Source: an uncultured Candidatus Saccharibacteria bacterium (GTDB lineage: Bacteria; Patescibacteriota; Andersenbacteria; UBA10190). From it: 64,000 nt of DNA. The position numbers and the translations under genes were made by a program. Under the pieces are notes generated by a model, which worked only from the letters and a program-made list of their open reading frames with translations, was not told the origin of the DNA and ran no database searches. Shown here piece by piece: positions 41,541-51,123 of the stretch. How positions within the stretch are numbered: the stretch's first letter is position 1; the number at the start of each line of letters is the position of its first letter. The stretch spans positions 287,994 through 351,993 of the forward strand of contig CAZSUC010000001.1 in NCBI GenBank assembly GCA_964610055.1, read 5' to 3'.

Positions 41541-42116
41541 TTATTTATATTTATCTACTCCCGACGCACTTGCTCTTGTACCTTTTTGTCCGTGATATTT
41601 AGCGCCTGGTTTTAAATAATAAGGTTGCTCAGCAGGGGATGATAATGGTTCAAACATTAACTGGCAAATTCGCATTTTCGGATGCAATAAAATCGGCACC
41701 ATGCCAATGTTTCGTAACTCAAGCGTTAAAGCGCCCCGCCAACCCGCATCAATGTGACTTGCCGTAGAATGAATCACCAACCCTAACCGCCCTAAACTTG
41801 AGCGTCCTTCAATTCTCGCGGCCAGATCATTCGACCATTCCACCCACTCTAATGTTGAGCCCAGCACAAACTCGTTTGGATGGATTACATACGGTTCATT
41901 CTTGCTGATGACTACTTCTTCGGTCATACCGTCAGTTGTGGTTGGATCTAATGGATCTACAAAAGGCTGCTTGCGGTGCTTAAATACCAAGAAATGATAC
42001 CCTAAATGCAAATCCAAACTACTTGAACCTAATTGAGTCTTAAAATCAGGTTTTGGCTTCACTACAATTCGTTTTTCCGCTATCGCTTTTTTAATATCTC
42101 GATCTGATAAAATCAT
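41541..42116 (-). CDS. dcd: dCTP deaminase
   Basis: 191 aa. Dcd-type trimeric dUTPase-fold motifs (GWRGALTLEL, IHSTASHIDAG). Confidence 0.85.
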   Translation of the reverse strand: MILSDRDIKKAIAEKRIVVKPKPDFKTQLGSSSLDLHLGYHFLVFKHRKQPFVDPLDPTTTDGMTEEVVISKNEPYVIHPNEFVLGSTLEWVEWSNDLAARIEGRSSLGRLGLVIHSTASHIDAGWRGALTLELRNIGMVPILLHPKMRICQLMFEPLSSPAEQPYYLKPGAKYHGQKGTRASASGVDKYK

Positions 42117-42118
42117 AA

Positions 42119-43468
42119 TTATATTTTAACAGGAAACTTTTTAGTTAATACTTTTACTTCTTGTGCTATTTGCCCTAATTCAGTCGATTCTGATACTTGT
42201 TTTTCAAACTCATCTATGGGTAAATCAGCCCATGGTTTTACAATGTCTTGCACTTGTCGCATCCATTTTGCAATGCGACGCATTTCTGGTTTTTTCATTC
42301 CGCGTGTTGTCACCCACGGTGTTCCCAAACGTAACGCCGATGGATTAGCTGGCGAACGAGTTTCTTGTGGCATCGTATTAAAATTTGCAATTAAACCAGC
42401 TTGTGCCATTGCTTTTGCCATCGGCTTTCCCAAGACCGGACCTTCAGATAGGTCAACTAAAATTAAATGCTTGTCTGTTCCGCCAGTCACTAGTTTAAAG
42501 CCTTCCTTTTGCAATGACTCAGCTAACGTTTGCGCATTCACGACAACTTGCTGAGCATATTTCTTAAAAGCCGGTGTTAAAGCTTCACCTAAACCCACGC
42601 AAATACCGGCAATATTATGATTATGCGGTCCGCCTTGTAATCCTGGTAATACTGCGCGATTAATTTTAGCAATCAAATCTTTGTGCGCTAAAATAATTGC
42701 GCCGCGGCCTGACCGCAAAGTTTTATGAGTAGTCATGGTAACAATATCAGCAATGCCTACCGGAGAGGGAACTACTCCTGCCGCAATCAAACCGGCTTCA
42801 TGGGCAATATCAGCCATATAAAGTGCGCCAACTTTTTTTGCTATTCTTTTGACGCGCCGGTAATCAATATTGCGGGGATAAGCCGTGCCACCAGTAATAA
42901 TTAGTTTAGGCTGATACTTTTCCGCGATTCGCTCTATCTCTTTATAGTTAAATTGTCTTGTTTTCGGATCCGTCTTGTACTGCACTGTTTTAAATATGCG
43001 GGAAGTAATATGGACTTTGCGACTCCCGCCTTCATAAACTAAATTCTCAGGATCAGCCGCTTGCTTTGGTTCGTATGACCACCCATGAGACAAGTGTCCG
43101 CCATCTGGCAAATACATCCCCATCATTGTGTCGCCGATATTCAGCACTGCCAGGTAAACTGCCAAATTAGCGTTACTGCCTGATAAGGCTTGCACATTTG
43201 CTCCCCAGTTTTTTGGCGCCTTAAAAACTTCCACCGCCCGTTCAATCGTTAACTGCTCTAACGCATCGACATTTTGATTGCCTTCGTAGTATCGTGCGCC
43301 CACATTACCTTCTGAATATTTATGTGCCAATACTGATCCAACTGCTCGTCGTACATTTGAAGAGAAGAAATTTTCTGACGGAATCAAAGATATTTGTTCT
43401 TGTTGCCGTTTTTGCTCGGCTTTGATAATGGCGGTTACTTCTGGATCATTTGTGAGAGTTTTAGGCAT
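42119..43468 (-). CDS. glyA: Serine hydroxymethyltransferase
   Basis: PLP-lysine region TTTHKTLRSGRGAIIL. 449 aa. Confidence 0.9.
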   Translation of the reverse strand: MPKTLTNDPEVTAIIKAEQKRQQEQISLIPSENFFSSNVRRAVGSVLAHKYSEGNVGARYYEGNQNVDALEQLTIERAVEVFKAPKNWGANVQALSGSNANLAVYLAVLNIGDTMMGMYLPDGGHLSHGWSYEPKQAADPENLVYEGGSRKVHITSRIFKTVQYKTDPKTRQFNYKEIERIAEKYQPKLIITGGTAYPRNIDYRRVKRIAKKVGALYMADIAHEAGLIAAGVVPSPVGIADIVTMTTHKTLRSGRGAIILAHKDLIAKINRAVLPGLQGGPHNHNIAGICVGLGEALTPAFKKYAQQVVVNAQTLAESLQKEGFKLVTGGTDKHLILVDLSEGPVLGKPMAKAMAQAGLIANFNTMPQETRSPANPSALRLGTPWVTTRGMKKPEMRRIAKWMRQVQDIVKPWADLPIDEFEKQVSESTELGQIAQEVKVLTKKFPVKI

Positions 43469-43584
43469 CGTTTATTTATAGCTCACCTTGTTAGGCAATG
43501 GAAGTTGACAAATACTTTTTCCAAGGGCACATTAACACCGATCTGTTTCTCTCGTTCTCTTGCCAACCAAATAAGGAATTTTTC

Positions 43585-44304
43585 ATGTCTAACCAACCTC
43601 CTTACACTTCTTACGTTCTGCCTTTGTCTATCCCTGAGCAAATCGCAACTTTGTGTCGTCACTGGCCTAAACTGGATCCGCAACCGGCCTTGAACTTTTT
43701 TGAGACTGTTTGCTCTCAGGCCTCTCTCCCGGATTGGGTTGAAGGATGGTTTGCTATCGTTCGTCCTAAATTCTTTGGCGCTACTTCTGCCGCTGATCTA
43801 CAGCCTGTCCTGGACGCTTTATCTCGTGATCGGAATGGTCAATTTCGTAATTTTTGCCCTCCTATCACAGCGCATCAAGAACATTGTGCTGAACAATGTT
43901 CGCAAGAACGACCCGCAACCGGAAGTAACTGGAAGCTACCCCATTGGCCCAGTCACTCTGACATTCAATTTATTCCCGCACAGTTTGGCAAAAAATACTT
44001 AGGGACATCAGCCTGTCAATCTTGTGCAAGCATGTCAATTTACGAAATCGGCCTGAGTACTCGTACTCTTAGTTTAATGCTTCTAACTCACCCACATCGC
44101 CTGATTGCACCTCAAGACCCTTGGATCTTGTGCGCAAAAGATCGATGTCCTTCTCCGTTTGACAAGCACGTATTCGATAATGTGCCTGACTTTTTCTGGG
44201 CCGAGGGCCAGCTTGGCCTTGACGTCATGTACATGTGCGATGCGAATCCGCGTTTTTGCACGCCTTCTATGTTTCGCCCGGAAAACTTGCTTGGTCTGTG
44301 TTAA
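43585..44304 (+). CDS. Hypothetical Cys/His-rich protein
   Basis: 239 aa from ATG 43585 (RBS TAAGGAA 9 nt upstream). 13 Cys including CAEQC and CQSC pairs. Slightly GC-elevated (about 48%). No recognisable family. Confidence 0.55.
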   Translation: MSNQPPYTSYVLPLSIPEQIATLCRHWPKLDPQPALNFFETVCSQASLPDWVEGWFAIVRPKFFGATSAADLQPVLDALSRDRNGQFRNFCPPITAHQEHCAEQCSQERPATGSNWKLPHWPSHSDIQFIPAQFGKKYLGTSACQSCASMSIYEIGLSTRTLSLMLLTHPHRLIAPQDPWILCAKDRCPSPFDKHVFDNVPDFFWAEGQLGLDVMYMCDANPRFCTPSMFRPENLLGLC

Positions 44305-44322
44305 CAACCACGAGCTTCCCGC

Positions 44323-44811
44323 TCACGCCGGAAGCTCTTTTCTTATCCATCTTTCATATCTGAATAGGTCATATTCTCGTTGCGTTACTTTGCGCCAATT
44401 ATTCCAATTAATCTTTGGGAACCAAACATCTCCTTCCCACGCACCTTTTATCCATGACACATGTATTTCATTGGCTTGTGTCTCAAACGTTTTGTATGTC
44501 TTTGCTCCGCCAATAATCCAAATTTTATTTTTCTGATCAGACAATGCCATCGCATCTTGCGGACTTTTTGCTGTAATCGCTCCCTCAAATATCGTCTTAG
44601 CATGACTTAATACAATATTTTTTCTTTTCTCTAACGGAGAATTCAGGCTTTCAAAAGTCTTTCGCCCCATGATTACCGTTCCGCCTTGAGTTAGTTTTCG
44701 AAACAACTTTCTGTCTGCCGGCACGTCCCACGGGATGCGCCCACCTCGCCCAATCACTCCATTCTCTGCGATCGCGACAATAAGCGCTACTTTATTGGTT
44801 TGTTCGTTCAA
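44323..44811 (-). CDS. folA: Dihydrofolate reductase
   Basis: VALIVAIAENGVIGRGGRIPW and GRKTFESL motifs. 162 aa. Confidence 0.85.
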   Translation of the reverse strand: MNEQTNKVALIVAIAENGVIGRGGRIPWDVPADRKLFRKLTQGGTVIMGRKTFESLNSPLEKRKNIVLSHAKTIFEGAITAKSPQDAMALSDQKNKIWIIGGAKTYKTFETQANEIHVSWIKGAWEGDVWFPKINWNNWRKVTQREYDLFRYERWIRKELPA

Positions 44812-46525
44812 GTTCTTTTAACTTATTTTGAATCTTCTCTTCTTGTCCTCGTCGCGCAAATTCATATTCTCCCATGTTAACTCGCATATATCTCGTTACT
44901 AGGGGATATACCTGCTGTAATTGTCGAAACTTTTCTTGTTCAATGTGCCGATAATCCGGGTGTCCTTCCGGAATCGTTCTTAGCTCCATTTCCCAGAAGC
45001 ATTGACGCAAATTTTCCCACTGCATAAATCGTAATCGATGCGCTAATGTCACCGCATATTGCGCTAATTCCGGATCATGCTTCGCAATTTTATAATGGAC
45101 AACTTCTACTTGCTTAACCGCTTGCTTAAATTCATCTGCTAATCCCGCTTCTTCTAATTCAATCGGTACATCAAAACCATGTTTGCAAGTAAATAACTGT
45201 CGTTGTTGGGTTAGCATGCGATGACGTTGTACGTCTCGCCAAGCACCAATATTCATTAAAATCTCAAATCTGACGTATGCATTTTCAAATGCCCGCCCTA
45301 CTTTCTGCCAACGATCCGATCTAATACCTAAATATGTCTCCATAATTTCTCGTCTTTCCGGATATGACAGTCGCTGTACTACCTCAAAAATCTCATTCCA
45401 AGAACGATGATTGTTATTCGCTCCGTATAGCATGCCAGTTAATATTTTCTCCTCACCTAAAGCATCGTATTCAGCCAGCTTTACTCTAGGCATATCTGGT
45501 CCCGTCTCAATCCCGGTTGCATCTAAATATTCTTCCACTATCGGCATCATTCGCTCGTTCTTGCGGGATAAATATTCTTGATAAGCTTGCGCTCGCGCCT
45601 TTTTATCCGGATCCTCAACGCGTAATCGACGCAAGAACGACGGTGCAATCTGCATTAATTCCGCATAGCCTTGATCAGCCGCCCAGCGGATTTCGCCTAA
45701 GCGGTGTCGTAATGATCGTGCCATCATATATTCAAATGCTTGTCCGTTACCAAAGAATGCGACCTGTGATAAGGTTGCCGTTGGTAATAACCCCCGCAGA
45801 CAATCAAACACTTTCGATTGTATGACTTTCACATCCTCGTCCGGATATCTATTTGCTAACCAATTTTTCAACGGTTCCTTGAGCCGTGTATAAGTTTCAA
45901 ACAAATTATCCATCGCTGCTCGGTACTCTGTTTCTAATCCGATGCGTTTCAATTCCGGGTCTGTGTAGTACCGGTACGATCCCTGAACTTTCTGAGAATA
46001 ATCAACGTAACGGGTTGATTTTTCTAACGGCGCTAACCCGATGCGCTGATCTTCAAAATGCTTAATTGCAACTTGGGACAAGCCAACATAAACCAAATGC
46101 ATGCCCGCCATCTGCGCTATCGAATCATCACCATATTGCGCTAACCAGGTGTTATAAAACGATCGTGCTCTTGGATTCGAAAAAATCCTCTGAATTGGAT
46201 GAAAACCTAGAAACCGAATGAAATGCTTCAAATCATCACTATAAGCTTGTTTTTGTTGCCAGGTCTCTTCGGTATCTTTTTCCGTTCTTTCTGGTTCTAA
46301 AAATGGTCTTAAGTATTCTCGTAAAAAAATCACGCGCAAATCATCAGCTGCACGGCTAGTGCGTGAACACAGGGCTCCTGTTACTTCCGGTGATAAAATC
46401 ATCGGCGCATAAACCGGCTTATCTAAATTTGTAAAAAAATGCCGCAATTGCGCTCGCTCCAAATCCGTATATTGGTCTCGCTCAAATACTGGCGCGTAAT
46501 CCGCTAAATTATCAGTTTCCTTCAT
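44792..46525 (-). CDS. thyX: Tandem-domain ThyX-like (flavin-dependent thymidylate synthase family) protein
   Basis: Two Thy1-like halves. Half 1 carries ARSLRHRLGEIRWAADQGYAELMQIA (compare ThyX [29 protein letters not shown]). Half 2 carries AWRDVQRHRMLT (compare ARQWFRHRIAS) and a second LAHRLRFMQWENLR motif. 577 aa. Overlaps folA by 20 nt. Confidence 0.6.
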   Translation of the reverse strand: MKETDNLADYAPVFERDQYTDLERAQLRHFFTNLDKPVYAPMILSPEVTGALCSRTSRAADDLRVIFLREYLRPFLEPERTEKDTEETWQQKQAYSDDLKHFIRFLGFHPIQRIFSNPRARSFYNTWLAQYGDDSIAQMAGMHLVYVGLSQVAIKHFEDQRIGLAPLEKSTRYVDYSQKVQGSYRYYTDPELKRIGLETEYRAAMDNLFETYTRLKEPLKNWLANRYPDEDVKVIQSKVFDCLRGLLPTATLSQVAFFGNGQAFEYMMARSLRHRLGEIRWAADQGYAELMQIAPSFLRRLRVEDPDKKARAQAYQEYLSRKNERMMPIVEEYLDATGIETGPDMPRVKLAEYDALGEEKILTGMLYGANNNHRSWNEIFEVVQRLSYPERREIMETYLGIRSDRWQKVGRAFENAYVRFEILMNIGAWRDVQRHRMLTQQRQLFTCKHGFDVPIELEEAGLADEFKQAVKQVEVVHYKIAKHDPELAQYAVTLAHRLRFMQWENLRQCFWEMELRTIPEGHPDYRHIEQEKFRQLQQVYPLVTRYMRVNMGEYEFARRGQEEKIQNKLKELERTNQ

Positions 46526-46588
46526 AAAAATCTTAAATTATGGAACAATAATCTATCTGCATCGTTTCATAATTGTTTGGTCTTGTAA

Positions 46589-47848
46589 ATGTCAGATCTC
46601 AATCCACAACTCGCTTACATGTATTCATTAGAGCGTTTTGGTATTAAGCCTGGCTTAGATACTATCAGTCGTCTTTTAGCCGCCTTAGGTCACCCAGAAC
46701 GTCAATTCCGTTCCATCCATATTACTGGTACAAACGGCAAGGGGAGTACTGCTGCCCTTATCGCCAGTATCCTCCAAGCATCCGGTCAACGCGTCGGCCT
46801 GTATACCAGTCCTCATTTGCTTCGCTTCAATGAGCGTATACAAGTCAATTCTGAGCAAATTTTTGATTCTGATCTTAGTCACCTTATTCAAACCGTTCGT
46901 ACTGCTGCTAACTCTCATAATTTACAGCCAACTTTTTTTGAATTTACTACTGCTCTCGCTTTTCTCTATTTCTCTCTCAAATCACTCGACATTGCTATCA
47001 TCGAAGTTGGCTTAGGCGGTCGTTTTGATGCCACCAATGTCATCATGCCTGATTTAGCTATTATCACTAATGTTGGCTGGGATCATGCTGATATTATTGG
47101 CCCACAACTCACTGATATTGCCGCTGAAAAAGCCGGCATTATCAAACCGGGTATTCCAGTTATTACTGCCGAAACTGATCCTAAGATTTTATCGTATTTC
47201 CGTGAAATTTGCGCCGCTCAATCTGCTCAATTGCTCACTGTTTCCGAACACTTATCTGCTCGTGCCATTGCTTCAAATTGGCGTTATCAAACTATTCAAA
47301 TTTCCGGCCAAATTTCCGATCAATTTAATTTGCCTTTACTTGGAGCACATCAAATAACCAATGCTCTCACTGCTATTCTATCCGTGCTTACTTTATCGTC
47401 TGTCGCTCAAAACATCTCTTCAATTTTACAGCCAGGCCTCGCCCAAGTTGTTTGGCCTGGTCGTTTACAAGTGCTATCTGAGCATCCCTTAGTCTTAATT
47501 GATGGCGCTCACAATGAACCCGGACTCAAAGCCCTGGATAATTTTCTTGACCAAAACATGCCAACTGGTGATGTGATCGTCCTCGGTATTAAGCAAGGGA
47601 AAAACACGCTCGCCTCCTTTCAGCCTATCATCTCTCGTTTTAAACATGTCATTACCACCGAAGGCACTTATCAACCACTGTCGGCTCATAATCTAGCTGA
47701 CTCACTCCGTGCTTTTCATACTAATGTCCAAGCTATTCCAAATTCTGCCCAAGCTCTGCAAACCGCTCATAATCTTTTGCCTCAAACTGGCCGTCTACTT
47801 GTTACGGGTTCTCTATACCTTCTTCCGGCTGCGCTTTCAAGTATTTAA
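46589..47848 (+). CDS. folC: Folylpolyglutamate synthase / dihydrofolate synthase
   Basis: Mur-ligase P-loop ITGTNGKGST. 419 aa. Confidence 0.85.
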   Translation: MSDLNPQLAYMYSLERFGIKPGLDTISRLLAALGHPERQFRSIHITGTNGKGSTAALIASILQASGQRVGLYTSPHLLRFNERIQVNSEQIFDSDLSHLIQTVRTAANSHNLQPTFFEFTTALAFLYFSLKSLDIAIIEVGLGGRFDATNVIMPDLAIITNVGWDHADIIGPQLTDIAAEKAGIIKPGIPVITAETDPKILSYFREICAAQSAQLLTVSEHLSARAIASNWRYQTIQISGQISDQFNLPLLGAHQITNALTAILSVLTLSSVAQNISSILQPGLAQVVWPGRLQVLSEHPLVLIDGAHNEPGLKALDNFLDQNMPTGDVIVLGIKQGKNTLASFQPIISRFKHVITTEGTYQPLSAHNLADSLRAFHTNVQAIPNSAQALQTAHNLLPQTGRLLVTGSLYLLPAALSSI

Positions 47849-47858
47849 ACAATAAAAT

Positions 47859-47884
47859 GAGGCCTTGCATCGCTGCAAGGCCTC
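47859..47884 (-). terminator. Hairpin terminator (T-run on the minus strand)
   Basis: Perfect 10-bp stem GAGGCCTTGC/GCAAGGCCTC with loop ATCGCT. Minus-strand reading is followed by ATTTTATTGTTT. A second short hairpin CGCACTA-GT-TAGTGCG at 47888-47903 overlaps the stop of the 47896 gene. Confidence 0.6.
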
Positions 47885-47895
47885 TGACGCACTAG

Positions 47896-48651
47896 TTAGT
47901 GCGCCGCCGGGACGACTTCGATCACTTGCTCTTGAAAAACAAGAACAGAGTCGGGCTTAATCGGTACTGCCTCCGAACCTTTACGTTGACCATTCTTGTC
48001 CTTGAGCCAAGTCTTCATCGGAACCCCGTTGCCATCGTATCGGGGATTACGAAGTTCCAGATTAATGCTCAGGGCATATTTTTCAGGAATCACCGTACCT
48101 TCAGTACAAAACGGGTTCAAAAAAGCCCGCACGCGCCAAAAAGCCTCTTCACAAACCCGTTGCAACGCTTTCTGGAGCTCGTCACCCATCCCCCGGATTT
48201 TTTGCGAGGGTGCCGCATGTTGGCGGTCGCAAAACACAAAGCTCATGACATAGTAGTCAGCGGGCCGTGCAGCCGATCGTTGATCGTGCCTACCCGTCCT
48301 CTGTTGAAAGCGGAGATCAGAGAGTGTATAACCCCGACCCAACCCTGCCAGGAATGGCAACACGTCCACATTCTCGGCCGGGTTAATGACTAATCTACCT
48401 TGAGGGATTGTCTCTTGAGGTTTATGACGACCCTCGTCAACTTCGCACTCAAGTCCCTCCCAGATGCATTCCGGCGCCACAAGTGGATTTGTGAAGGCGA
48501 ATCGCAGCAGGATCAAGCGGATATCTTGAGGATGGACTTCAGACAAACGACGAGATGCGGTAGTAGCGCCCACTGTAGGCTCCTTCGTGAAAAAGGACGC
48601 AAGCGAAAAAGAACCACCCAACAGTACACAAGTACATGTTGAATTAATCAT
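47896..48651 (-). CDS. Hypothetical protein, GC-elevated island gene (b)
   Basis: 251 aa, about 52% GC. Hydrophobic N-terminus (CTCVLLGGSFSLASFF). No recognisable family. Confidence 0.55.
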   Translation of the reverse strand: MINSTCTCVLLGGSFSLASFFTKEPTVGATTASRRLSEVHPQDIRLILLRFAFTNPLVAPECIWEGLECEVDEGRHKPQETIPQGRLVINPAENVDVLPFLAGLGRGYTLSDLRFQQRTGRHDQRSAARPADYYVMSFVFCDRQHAAPSQKIRGMGDELQKALQRVCEEAFWRVRAFLNPFCTEGTVIPEKYALSINLELRNPRYDGNGVPMKTWLKDKNGQRKGSEAVPIKPDSVLVFQEQVIEVVPAAH

Positions 48652-48733
48652 CTTGTCATAAAATATATTTTATGTCAATAAACAGCCACATCTCCTGCTT
48701 GCCCCTCTGCTCTAAACCAACTATTTTCAATAT

Positions 48734-50200
48734 ATGCCCACTCGTAATTTAGAAGCTGTTATTGGTCTGGAAATTCACATCCAGCTCAAAACTCAAAGTA
48801 AAATGTTTTGTCGTTGTGCTAACATTTTCGGCGATGTCCCGCCTAACTCTGCTATCTGCCCCATCTGTTTGGGTTATCCTGGCACCCTGCCGGTGCCCAA
48901 TCAAGTCGCCATTACTTGGACTCAAAAAACTGGCGCGGCTCTAAATTGCGAATTAGCTCTGCAAAGTAAATTTGATCGCAAAAGTTATTTTTATCCTGAT
49001 TTGCCCAAGGGTTATCAGATCAGCCAATATGACCAACCTTTTTGTGGGCCCGGACATTTAGATGTTGTCGTTGCCGGTCAACCCCGCACTATTGGTATTA
49101 CTCGCATTCATTTAGAAGAGGATGCCGCTAAAAATACTCACCCCGCTGGCGCTAATTACACCTTGGTTGATTATAATCGCGCGGGCACTCCTTTAATGGA
49201 AATTGTTACTGAACCTGATCTGCGCACTCCTGCAGAAGCACGCGTCTTTTTGCAGGAATTGCAGCGCATTGTCCGTTCTCTCAATGTTTCTGATGCCGAT
49301 ATGGAAAAAGGCCAGCTTCGTTGCGACGCTAACATTTCTCTGCGTGAGCAAGGCACAACTGAACTCCATCCTAAAACAGAAATAAAAAACGTAAATTCTT
49401 TCCGGTTTGTTGAGAAGGCTCTAACCTATGAAATCAAACGGCAAACAGAGCTTTGGGAACAAAATCAAATTCCCCAAATATCTTCCACGCGTGGTTTTAA
49501 TTCTCATACCGGCAAAACCACTGAACAGCGTTCTAAAGAAGCTGCCGCTGATTATCGCTATTTCCCGGAACCAGATATTCCTCCATTTACTTTCACTGCA
49601 GACGAACTCGGCGCCATTCGTGCGTTGGTCGGCGAATTACCTGGTGCTCAAGAAAGTCGCCTAATCAAAGAATTCGGCGTTACTGATCAAATTGCCGCCC
49701 AGTTAGTTCGCTTGCCTGATTTAACCAGTTTCTTTGAGTCAACCTGTTCTGAGCTCAAGCAGCTCGACAACGAACAAACTGACATTTCTCCCGCTGAAAT
49801 TCCTGCTCTTATTCAATTAGCCGCTAATTTATTATTACGTTATCTCAAATCTGACATTGCTCAAGCCACTCCTCAGAATTTTGCTGAATTAGTCGTCCTG
49901 ATTCATCATGGCAAAGTCAATAAGGGAGCAGCGGGGGATGTTATAGCTGAAATGACTCGTACTGGCGGTGATCCCGATCACATTATTCAAAACCTCGGTT
50001 TGGAACAAGTTAGTGACACCAATAAACTCGCTGCTCATATCGATGCTGTTATTGCTTCCAATCCTGACATTGTGGCTAAAATCAAAGCCGGTAAAACTGC
50101 TGCTACCCAAGCTCTGATGGGACAAGTTATGGGTCGCACCCAGGGCAAAGCCAGCCCCGCTGAAGTCATGAAACTTTTATCTGAGAAACTTAAGGACTAG
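48734..50200 (+). CDS. gatB: Asp/Glu-tRNA amidotransferase subunit B
   Basis: EAVIGLEIHIQLKT N-terminus. 488 aa. C-terminal YqeY/GatB domain. Confidence 0.9.
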   Translation: MPTRNLEAVIGLEIHIQLKTQSKMFCRCANIFGDVPPNSAICPICLGYPGTLPVPNQVAITWTQKTGAALNCELALQSKFDRKSYFYPDLPKGYQISQYDQPFCGPGHLDVVVAGQPRTIGITRIHLEEDAAKNTHPAGANYTLVDYNRAGTPLMEIVTEPDLRTPAEARVFLQELQRIVRSLNVSDADMEKGQLRCDANISLREQGTTELHPKTEIKNVNSFRFVEKALTYEIKRQTELWEQNQIPQISSTRGFNSHTGKTTEQRSKEAAADYRYFPEPDIPPFTFTADELGAIRALVGELPGAQESRLIKEFGVTDQIAAQLVRLPDLTSFFESTCSELKQLDNEQTDISPAEIPALIQLAANLLLRYLKSDIAQATPQNFAELVVLIHHGKVNKGAAGDVIAEMTRTGGDPDHIIQNLGLEQVSDTNKLAAHIDAVIASNPDIVAKIKAGKTAATQALMGQVMGRTQGKASPAEVMKLLSEKLKD

Positions 50201-51123
50201 AACCCAGTCGCTTGCATTGCTTCTGACCTAGACTTAAACCATTTGATTTCTGATCGTTGTCGCCACCAACTCATCTGTCGATGCGCGTACCGCATGTTAA
50301 CTTTGATCATCTCCGCCACCGCTTCTTCTTGGTTAATCTCTTTATTCAAAACTTGTTTTGCTTGACGATAATTCATTGTGTTTAGTAACGGTAAATCCGA
50401 ACCGTATTGTTTCATTAGTTGAGCCGTCTCAGCTAATAGACCATCTTGCATCCATGTTACACATCGTGTTTGTACTCGTTCTCGCAGTTCTTCCCATCCC
50501 GGAAACAAGCCAATCATTTCTACTTGGTATTTTGGCTTATTTTGTTTGCGCTGTTTATGTAAAGGTTGGCCCGTTGCACGCACAATTTCTAGTGCTCTAA
50601 TTAACCGCCGCTTATTCTCTGTATCAATTTCACCTTCCGCACTTGGATCAAGTCGTAATAATTCCGCATATAACTCGGCGGCTGATTTTGCTTCCGCCGA
50701 CTGCCGCCATGCCTCATCTGGTGGAACTTCCGGCAAGGCATAGTTAAACACGACGCTGTCCACATACAACATTGTTCCGCCAACTAATAACGGTGTCATA
50801 CCACTTTGAATCAGCATATCCATTGATTTCATTGCGCAAAATTGCCACTGCGCTAAATTCACTAATTCTGTGGGCGCGCTCATGTTAAATAAATAGTGGG
50901 GGATACCTTCAATTTCATCTGCTTGGCAGGCCGCGTGCGGATAATTAGCCCACACTTCTTTTGGTTTCGCTGTCCCGATATTCATTCCTGCATACACCTG
51001 ACGCGAATCCGCTGAAACTACTGCTCCGTGTCTGACTTTTGCTAATTGAATTCCCAGATCAGTTTTACCGGTGGCCGTTGGTCCGATAATAGCCACCACT
51101 ACCGGCAACGTATCCCTATTCAT
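50197..51123 (-). CDS. miaA: tRNA dimethylallyltransferase
   Basis: P-loop VAIIGPTATGKT. 308 aa. Confidence 0.9.
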   Translation of the reverse strand: MNRDTLPVVVAIIGPTATGKTDLGIQLAKVRHGAVVSADSRQVYAGMNIGTAKPKEVWANYPHAACQADEIEGIPHYLFNMSAPTELVNLAQWQFCAMKSMDMLIQSGMTPLLVGGTMLYVDSVVFNYALPEVPPDEAWRQSAEAKSAAELYAELLRLDPSAEGEIDTENKRRLIRALEIVRATGQPLHKQRKQNKPKYQVEMIGLFPGWEELRERVQTRCVTWMQDGLLAETAQLMKQYGSDLPLLNTMNYRQAKQVLNKEINQEEAVAEMIKVNMRYAHRQMSWWRQRSEIKWFKSRSEAMQATGF

